The position numbers and the translations under genes were made by a program. 46,631 nucleotides of DNA from Octopus bimaculoides. Taxonomy: Eukaryota. The notes beneath the pieces are model-generated. The model saw nothing but the letters and a program-made list of their open reading frames with translations. It made no database searches and was not told where the DNA came from. The stretch is from assembly GCF_001194135.2 (NCBI RefSeq), contig NC_068995.1, positions 18,857,331 through 18,903,961 on the forward strand. Direction: 5' to 3'. This document shows positions 38,694 to 46,631 of this stretch, in pieces (the stretch's first letter is position 1; every line of letters starts with the position of its first letter).

Positions 38694-39790
38694 GCGTTGA
38701 AACAATTTCAGTGTCTGAAATGATAAAGTTGAATAAATCTATGACTGTATATATGTATATGAATAGTCAAACAGATAGATAGCTGGATATGTATTTATAT
38801 ATGTACCAATATATGTATATGAGTATAATATAGTTGTGTATAATAATGTATACTTTTGTATTCATCAATTCATTATTTCCAGATGATAAATACCTTTACT
38901 TTACATTAGTGTCGTTTAAATCAACATGGCGAACTTTAAGGAATTCTGCTGTCTGTTACAATTTTCTTATTACCAGCCTTTTTCGAGTGATTAAGTAATA
39001 AAGCCCCCAGTAACAATCTGCATTCTGCAGACACTCCGTTATAATTCGATCACACTTATCAATTGCTGCTTAATTTTCTTCATCCGAATTGCTTGTCGTT
39101 ACCCGAAATTCGAGTAGTTAAACGATCATCCATTGATATTGGACATTTCCAAGCCATTGAACAAGAGGACATGAAAACTATGTTTAACTCCAATTTTATG
39201 TGTTCCGTGAGAATAAATATCTGTAATCGATCCCTGGATAAGTTAGCGGCTAGTCGTAGATTTTTACCTTCTCTTTCATTAAAACATTAAGTTGACTGGA
39301 AAAGTAAAACTTTGATGACTTTTCTGCCGGGTCTACTAGTTTAATTACATTGAATATTGCAGCTAGTCATTGGCAAATTTACTATAGTATTAGTTTACTC
39401 AAAAGCATGAATTAATGGCATCGTATTAGTAGCTACAATACTACGATTTGATACTTTAAAAACATATATTAGAAACACCACTTTAAGATGCTGCACCTTA
39501 CATTTAATTGTATATTATTAGGCCAAGAGAATTAAAATGTATCTAGATTCATCCTATCGTCCATCGTATAAATTTAGTGCTACAAATGTTGAAGCTTTCT
39601 GAGTCATCAAATATAGGATACTATCCTCCTGTTATTTAATAACGCTTTTCTTTAATTTTACTTCTTTTTTTTTTTTGTAAAAACATTAAAAAAACTTAAA
39701 CTAATGATTTAAATTTAATTAATCTTCCTTTGCTTTAAAACTAATAAAGAATATATAGAAAGCATGTGTGTCAATATTAACTCTAAGTGA

Positions 39791-39990
39791 GGCGGAGTGC
39801 TGGCAGAATAATTAGCACACCGGATAAAATGCATTTCGTCCGTCTTCACGTCCTGAATTCAAATTCCACCGAGGTCGGATTTTATCCTTTCGGGGTCGAT
39901 AAAATAAGTATGAGTTGAACATTGGAGTTGTTGTAATTGACTTACTTTCTCCTCCGAAATTGCTGGCCTTGTTCCAAAATATGGAATCGA
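39791..39990 (+). mobile_element. SINE family B
   Basis: GGCGGAGTGCTGGCAGAATAATTAGCAC...TGAATTCAAATTCCACCGAGGTCG...TCCTTTCGGGGTCGATAAAATAAGTA. Confidence 0.85.
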
Positions 39991-40272
39991 TATTCGTTGT
40001 AGGTTACAGAGAAGTGTAATGGTAAGTTTGTGCTTCAAAATTTAAATTGAAGGAATTCGACGATCTTCCCTACGTCAGGGATGGATTGCTACATACATTT
40101 TTGCTCCATATATTTTGCCAACATAATAAACGATGAAGTGACATTAGAAGTGTATGGCTAAGGATACATACATACAATGTATGGTGCTGTTGATATATGT
40201 AGTTGGTCAAATATTTACTGTGTAATATTCCAATATACTCAATAAAAGCAATAGAGCAATATGTTTGGTGCA

Positions 40273-40446
40273 AAGCGGTTAGCTGACAGAATCATTAGCA
40301 CGATGAGCAAAATGCTTAACGGCATTTCGTCTGTCTTTACGTTCAAATTCCGCCGTGCTCTTCTTTATCTTTCATTCTTCGGAATCGATAAAATAAGTAC
40401 CATTTGAGTACCGGGTTTGCTATAATCAACCTACCCCTCCTTCTAA
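40273..40446 (+). mobile_element. SINE family B
   Basis: AGCTGACAGAATCATTAGCACG...AAATGCTTAACGGCATTTCGTCTGTCTTTACGTTCAAATTCCGCCG...TCGATAAAATAAGTACCA. Confidence 0.82.
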
Positions 40447-40700
40447 ACTGATATCTCAATTCTTTGGCAATACTTGTCTATCCTTTATTGGTGTCACTCC
40501 GTATTGGATTGTATAGTTAAAACAAACTTGTCAATCAATTTTTTTTTTCTTGTTGCAAAAATAATTTAAAATAAATGCTGGAAACTTTTGGCATTCGATA
40601 TGAAATTTGATCTACGCTTGATTTTAAAAGTGTAGAATCTGCACGTAATTTCTCTCAGAAATATATTATTTGAAATATGATATATTTTACAGCTACATAT

Positions 40701-40949
40701 TCTTATCTTATATTTGTTTGAGTCTTTTGAGTGAGAACATGGTAGGGCACAGCCCTAATGAACTTTTAGTCAAATGAATCGACCTCTGGACTTATTCTCT
40801 AGTCCGTTACATCTATCAGCCTCTTCTTCCTAACTGGTAGTTACGGAGATGTAATCACACCAACACCAGTCGTCAAGTGGTGAGGGAGGAAACACAAACA
40901 CAAAGACACACACATATAGATTTGTAAACACACACACAATATTTGTATG

Positions 40950-40996
<47 letters not shown>

Positions 40997-41157
40997 GCTG
41001 TCTTCTTTCAGTTTTCGTCAACAAGATCCATCCACAAAGCTTTGGTAGGTCGAAGGCTACAGTAGAAAACACTTGCCCAGGGTGCCATGCATTGGGACTG
41101 AAGCTGGAATCATGTGGTTGGGAAGTAAGTTTCTTACAATACATCCACACCTTCGCC
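40701..41157 (-). mobile_element. SINE family A, full length and diverged
   Basis: Collinear with 31-402, including tail, internal microsatellite and head (CACTTGCCCAGGGTGCCATGCATTGGGACTGAA...CATGTGGTTGG). Confidence 0.85.
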
Positions 41158-41689
41158 TATATACATTCATTTACATTTAATTCTTTCACCATACTTCGGC
41201 ATGTACGGTGTAGTCTATGATTTGCGGACGATGTGAAAAAATCAGGTTGGAAGCGCTTGACCTCCGTAGTAGTCAAAATAATTCTATATCAGTCGTTGAA
41301 TAGTATTACATATTTTATTGAACAATTATTTTAATAAGCTTTTTAATTTACCTGACATTATATATGTTAACACTTACCCAAGAATAATTGAAAGTTTTTT
41401 TTTATATTGACATACTGCTTATCTTTATGAAATGTAGATAAATTCCATGTATTCCTTATAATAATGCACTCAATATCTACTGAATACTACAATAACGTGA
41501 CAATGTGGACACTTTTATGTGACAATTAGGGTTGCTAGAAATAGCAGTCAAATCTCCATTAAATCTTTTAACGACAACATAGGACCAATTAGTCTTTTTT
41601 TAAGAATTAGTCGGACAAGCAAATTGCGTTTGTCGCGAAATTCGTTCGCATGTCTCCTAAATCAGGTAGTGGCGGGTAAAATTTACGCT

Positions 41690-41990
41690 GAAGCCGGAGA
41701 CCTGAGCCTGATAATTCAAGATTGTTTAAATGCAGTTAAAATCACTCAAGGAAAATTTGCTGACATTGAAAGAGGATATGTATGAAGTCTATCATTCAAG
41801 TATCGACAATGGAAACAGTAAAAAGATGTATTCAAAGGCTCAAACAATTAGAATTCAATCCCTTTTATTGGAAATGTGTAATATCGGATCGGAACGTATG
41901 AACTGCAAAGATAACATTTGCCAGATTTGTAATTAGAGACGAGAGGGAAATAAATTCAACGACGGGATATATTAGTCTATGCTCTTCTGA
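41690..41990 (+). mobile_element. Possible old LINE ORF2 C-terminal relic
   Basis: GKFADIERGYV*SLSFK / KAQTIRIQSLLLEMCNIGSERMNCKDNICQICN loosely resembles LINE C-terminal C-X2-C regions. Many stops. Confidence 0.25.
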
Positions 41991-42593
41991 TGTTGATTTA
42001 TCGTTACTCCTTCATACTCTCTATCCAAATTAAATCGGATGACTACCCATCGACATGGGCCTGAGACTATTTTGAAACACCAAACAAGAAATATTGAATG
42101 AAGCATCTTCGTATCTCTTCACAACTATATTCCACATTCAAAATGAACGTACTTAACACAGTGTTTCTTAGTAAATAGATATATCATAACAATATAGTGA
42201 AGTATGGCTAATTTGCTGTGTAAAAGACAATAATTTGGGTCCCTTGCCAAAGCTCAGTTTTATATTGTGAAATATGAATTTCCAAATACAATGAAACTGA
42301 CACTTGATATACTAGTCGTAATTTTCATATGATCTTCTCACTAATGTTGTTACTACATTTCTTTCCAAGTGCGCAAAAATCCCAGAGATATAAACCTTAA
42401 CGTTATACTTTAAAAAATAATTATCTTCTAAACTTTGAGCACGGTTATTTTTGTTCACTTTAAGTCCTAAGTTAACCTTCACCTGCTGAGCCTAATAACA
42501 CAGACATTCTGACCATGACCATCGCATCTTTTATATGGCGACTACAATTTCTTGGAGATTTAGACGTTAACACGTTATGCAACTATTATGTAC

Positions 42594-43147
42594 TACAAAA
42601 TGCTGACTACAATTTCAATAGGATATCTGTACAAATAACCTAAACAAAATAATGTAAATTGCACTGCTGACACAGTAGAATGCAGTATTGACTTATAAAA
42701 GCATTTATTATACTTCATAGTATATTTTGGTCGCATAACGAAATACCACGTACCTACAAATCATTAGTATTTACCTACCAACTTCCAGGAAAGCGCTTAT
42801 GTGTGGTGGCTATTTAGGCAATGTGTTCGAGGATAATTAATGGGCAAGATGGGTGCTGATGAAGGGGCAAAAATCCCCCGAAATTTGGCATATATTCCCA
42901 TTGCCCAATTTTCGTCTTGGCTCTCATTGTTTGTTTACAGCTGACGTTTCGATACAAAACGCTGTAGCAAAAATCAGTGTTGGCTATATGTTCTATTAAA
43001 TATCTGTAGAAATAACCTTAACAAAATAATATAAAGCGCACTGCTATCCCTATAAAACTTGGTATGGACTTGTAAAATTATCTAATATACTTTACACTAC
43101 AATATATTATCGTTTCATAACAAAATACCACATACCGACAAATCATT
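42594..43147. repeat. Diverged direct repeat pair (42594-42765 and 42953-43147)
   Basis: ATATCTGTACAAATAACCTAAACAAAATAATGTAAATTGCACTGCT vs ATATCTGTAGAAATAACCTTAACAAAATAATATAAAGCGCACTGCT (41/46); terminal blocks match 29/32; offset 377 bp. Confidence 0.85.
42841..42907 (+). ncRNA. Type I hammerhead ribozyme-like motif (Penelope/retrozyme minimal type), possibly degenerate
   Basis: Core CTGATGA (42856-42862) plus an extra A; stem II GGGG/CCCC with loop CAAAAATC; GAAA (42880-42883); short stem III ending in ATA (putative cleavage after 42894); stem I TGGGCA..ATGGGTG pairs with TTCCCATTGCCCA, with a 2-nt bulge and one U-U mismatch. Confidence 0.62.
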
Positions 43148-43511
43148 TATATAAAAAGTTGTATCCTCTAGTAAAGGAGCTCTAGCATTTTTTGCCACAA
43201 AAATTATAGTTTTGCACACATATATATCATTCAATTTCCAAGGAACTTTATGAACAACTTCAGTTATATAGTTTCCTTTGTGAATGTACTAGCAATTCAA
43301 CTGAAATTTCTGTACTACCTGTAAACGTTGTTATTTTTCTCACTTTTAATGGTATATGTCCAAGCATCTCAATGATGATCTATATAGTCGTGTCCGAATC
43401 TCCTTCAGAATCACCCAGTTCTGTCTTTTAAAATAAGGTCTGATTCGATAATATATTCTTTCAGAACGGTGGCCGAAAGAAAGTTGCAATACTCATTACT
43501 TGATCGTCTCC

Positions 43512-43513
<2 letters not shown>

Positions 43514-43578
<65 letters not shown>

Positions 43579-43600
43579 GCACTCTCACACACACACACAC
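43514..43600. repeat. (CA)n microsatellite
   Basis: Read directly from the sequence. Confidence 0.96.
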
Positions 43601-43984
43601 ATATATATATTCAATCAAGACTAATTTGAATTTAAAGGTCAGTAACAGCAGAGTGAAAAAAGATGCCTCAATCTATAGTAAAATATCGCAGAAATAGGAA
43701 CGAAGTGTTTTTAGAATTACAGACGGCAGTCTTAAAAGATGGGGACATAGATATACAATGCACAATAGAACAATTGGAAATTCATTGTTCTGTTCAGGAT
43801 TAGACAGTTGCTTCCAATAGTCGTATAGAACATTAACAAGAAACAACAAGAAACGATTAAAACACGTTCACATAGTTATATTTAAATAAGGAAATATACC
43901 TCTTTTACATTAAATAATTCACTATATGTATGTATATGTAGTGGGTGTGTGGTGATGTAGATATATATTCTTTTATTCTTATAT

Positions 43985-44142
43985 TCTTTTATTTGTTTCT
44001 GTCATTTGACTGCAGCCATACTGGAGCTCAGCTTTAGCCGAACAAGTCGACCCCAGAACGTATTCTTTGTAAGAAGCATAGTAATTATTCCATCGGTCTA
44101 TTTTGTCGAACCGCTAAATTTGGGGGCGTAAACACACCACTA
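43985..44142 (-). mobile_element. SINE family A, 3' half (head probably lost in the gap)
   Basis: TCTTTTATTTGTTTCTGTCATTTGACTGCAGCCATACTGGAGC...GAACCGCTAA...GTAAACACACCA matches 31-185. Confidence 0.85.
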
Positions 44143-46028
44143 TGGGTATGTATGTATGAATATATATATATATATATATATATANNNNNNNNNNNNNNNN
44201 NNNNNNNNNNNNNNNNNNNNNNNNNNNNNNNNNNNNNNNNNNNNNNNNNNNNNNNNNNNNNNNNNNNNNNNNNNNNNNNNNNNNNNNNNNNNNNNNNNNN
44301 NNNNNNNNNNNNNNNNNNNNNNNNNNNNNNNNNNNNNNNNNNNNNNNNNNNNNNNNNNNNNNNNNNNNNNNNNNNNNNNNNNNNNNNNNNNNNNNNNNAT
44401 ATATATATATATACACACTTTTTTGCGCAAATGTAAATCTGATAACTAAAGACAGCAAAATATTGTCATTTCTACAGTAAAAAGAGCAATTTTTAATTAA
44501 AAAAATGTTATGGATATATTTAACCTGAAAACTGAAGATTTTGTTGAAAGTAGAAAACTTAGAAGCATAAAATATTTGAATGAAAGTGTGTTCGCACTTA
44601 TGTAAGCATACATAAAGGAACCTATATAATACTACGACAAAGAAAATAGCAGATTATACCATTTATACACAAACAGAGTTAGAGATGCATACGTGAAGAT
44701 TATGAAACTGAATTGTAGTAATGGCTTCAGTAAAATTATATTCAAATTTGTAGACTAACGCTGAATTATTGATTTACCTCTATGTTGCAAGACCAGAATG
44801 TACCTAATATATTAATATCTAGATATTCTGATCTGAATGTTGTTCAAAATGGAAAGATGGAATCACTTTCCAGCCATAGAATATGAAATGTTTTTTCTTC
44901 TTCTCAAAATAATGAAATAAAATATATACATATATATGACGCATAGTTAAAATATGTAAATTGCCATAGACTAAAAACTAAGGAGGAGAAAGGTAGAAAT
45001 ATAGAAATAAAAACTTCACTGAACAAGGATGGGAGTGTAAACTTAAACTAAACTAAAACTACTCTAGTTCAAGAAAGGTGGTGCATGATAATGATTTTTA
45101 TGATAATTCCTGAAGCAATAGCGAAAAGTATATACAAAATTGTTCATCTCGAACACGAAAGGATCTTAGCATAAATTCCACTGTAGTGCAATGGTTAAAA
45201 AGAAAGTAAAAAAACAAAGTATGCTGAACTTAACAGTGTAGGGATGGAGGTTGTACTCTTATAAAATATATGGGGGGAACGTTCTCTCAGGAGAAAAATC
45301 CAACAACTTCATGGTTGGCGGCGGGAAAAAAGGACTCTTTCCATTTTTATCAAAGTGTGTAATTTTATTATATTCATGACTAGAATATAAGACTCTAGAT
45401 ATTTTTTTGGCAAATATAAACACATATATTCTCCCGGAAAACATATATGATGCATTTTTTTTACATTATTTTTTTCCCTTATATATTTAAGATTAGTTTC
45501 AGACTATAAATATAGAAGTAAAAGGATGATGCCATATTTTCTCATCTCTTGACAGGGTTTACTGCCATTTCTTTTGCCTAATTTATATTTTTTGTTTTCT
45601 ATTTTAGTTTTTGAATATATGAGTTCGCAACACTCATAATGCAATGGATTAAGCTATGCGTTCCTTAACGGTATGCAATATTTTAAATATATTTGTTTAT
45701 CCACTTTTCTTACCTCAATCTGTTGCTAAGCGGTCAATAAATATAAATCTGTTCATTGAATTAGATATTTACATAAAACGGCATAACTGAACGGAAAAGG
45801 AAATAAAACATGGTGTAGAGATTGAACCGTTATGTGACATTCGTTCTTCCATATACTCTAAAAATATTTTCTTGAATTGAGGCTAATATAAATTTTTTAA
45901 ACAATTTAATAATAAGGCGTGTATAATTAGTCCATATCTTTCATATATCTTTCATTCAGTTCATAACTTACAATCTCATATAGTGCAGTATTTAATGTGT
46001 TTCTTTTTTTTTTTTTTTTTTTTTTTAG

Positions 46029-46071
46029 ATATTAGTGTAGATGATGAAAACCTTTCTTTGTCGATGTTAAC
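46029..46071 (+). CDS. Candidate internal coding exon (43 nt, phase 1-2), unknown product
   Basis: Long poly-T acceptor ending TTTTAG, donor AC|GTAGGT, and a single open frame, (D)ISVDDENLSLSML(T). Confidence 0.3.
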
Positions 46072-46496
46072 GTAGGTGATGGTAAATGAAAGAGAGAACA
46101 AAGATTCTATAGGGTTCTCCAAGAGAACAAACATTAACGGTATACTTGTTCCGCACATACTCTGATTAAGTATTTATTGAAAGATTTCATAGTCAGAGGT
46201 TTCAAAGCGATGATACCTGCTAAAGTATTATAGTGGTTATTACACGAATTTAATTTCTTTCTGTGGCAAGCTTTAACTACATATGATAGGATTCTATATC
46301 TAAATTTCATAAAGGAGCAAGAGTAATAAGTCTTGTTCAGTTGCAATGAGGTTCTGTACCTATGGATAGTTATGTACGCAGGTACATCGTAATACTCATA
46401 TGTTCCGGTAAGCATGCCTGCATACACACGTATACAAAGAGAAGCTCACATAGACAAATGCATATGTTTGTATGTATGCATGCATGCATGTCAGTA

Positions 46497-46535
<39 letters not shown>

Positions 46536-46598
46536 GTGTGTGTGTGTGTGTGTATAGGTATCATCTTCAAACATTAAAATATATATACATACATACAT

Positions 46599-46631
<33 letters not shown>

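Noticed and set aside
42930-42976. Second hammerhead on the minus strand (CTGATTT...CGAAACGTC)
   Set aside because: GAAACGUC is suggestive, but CUGANGA is broken and stems I and II do not pair.
43456-43500. NGGRKKVAILIT resembling a vWA-domain strand after a TTCTTTCAG acceptor
   Set aside because: A stop follows at once, there is no donor, and no other vWA segments are nearby.

Overview
AT-rich eukaryotic DNA, most likely from an octopus (coleoid cephalopod); this is inferred from the SINE families and the very dense (TA)n/(CA)n/(AAT)n microsatellites. There are 11 assembly gaps (about 4.2 kb), each abutting a microsatellite on at least one side. No intact protein-coding gene, tRNA/rRNA gene or CRISPR array can be supported, and most listed ORFs are microsatellite or N-gap artefacts. 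The window reads as intron or intergenic sequence full of decayed mobile elements: three tRNA-derived SINE families (about 14 copies or fragments), an R4/Dong-type LINE fragment at an (AAT)n tract, two L1/Tx1-type LINE 3' fragments in opposite orientation, a Penelope-like GIY-YIG fragment, a Helitron 3' end, a DINE-1/HINE-like element, a DD36E Tc1 transposase relic and a probable CR1/L2 relic. The most interesting signals are: (i) a type I hammerhead-ribozyme fold of the Penelope/retrozyme kind at 42841-42907, lying between two diverged direct repeats; (ii) the DD36E (Incomer-like) catalytic spacing in an apparent mollusc; (iii) a 56-bp island duplicated at 54/56 identity (4444-4499 and 8027-8082); (iv) a 59-bp-arm foldback and head-to-head SINEs that could form dsRNA; (v) a few splice-bounded candidate micro-exons of an unidentified host gene (low confidence). 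Family assignments come from motif recognition by eye, not from database searches.
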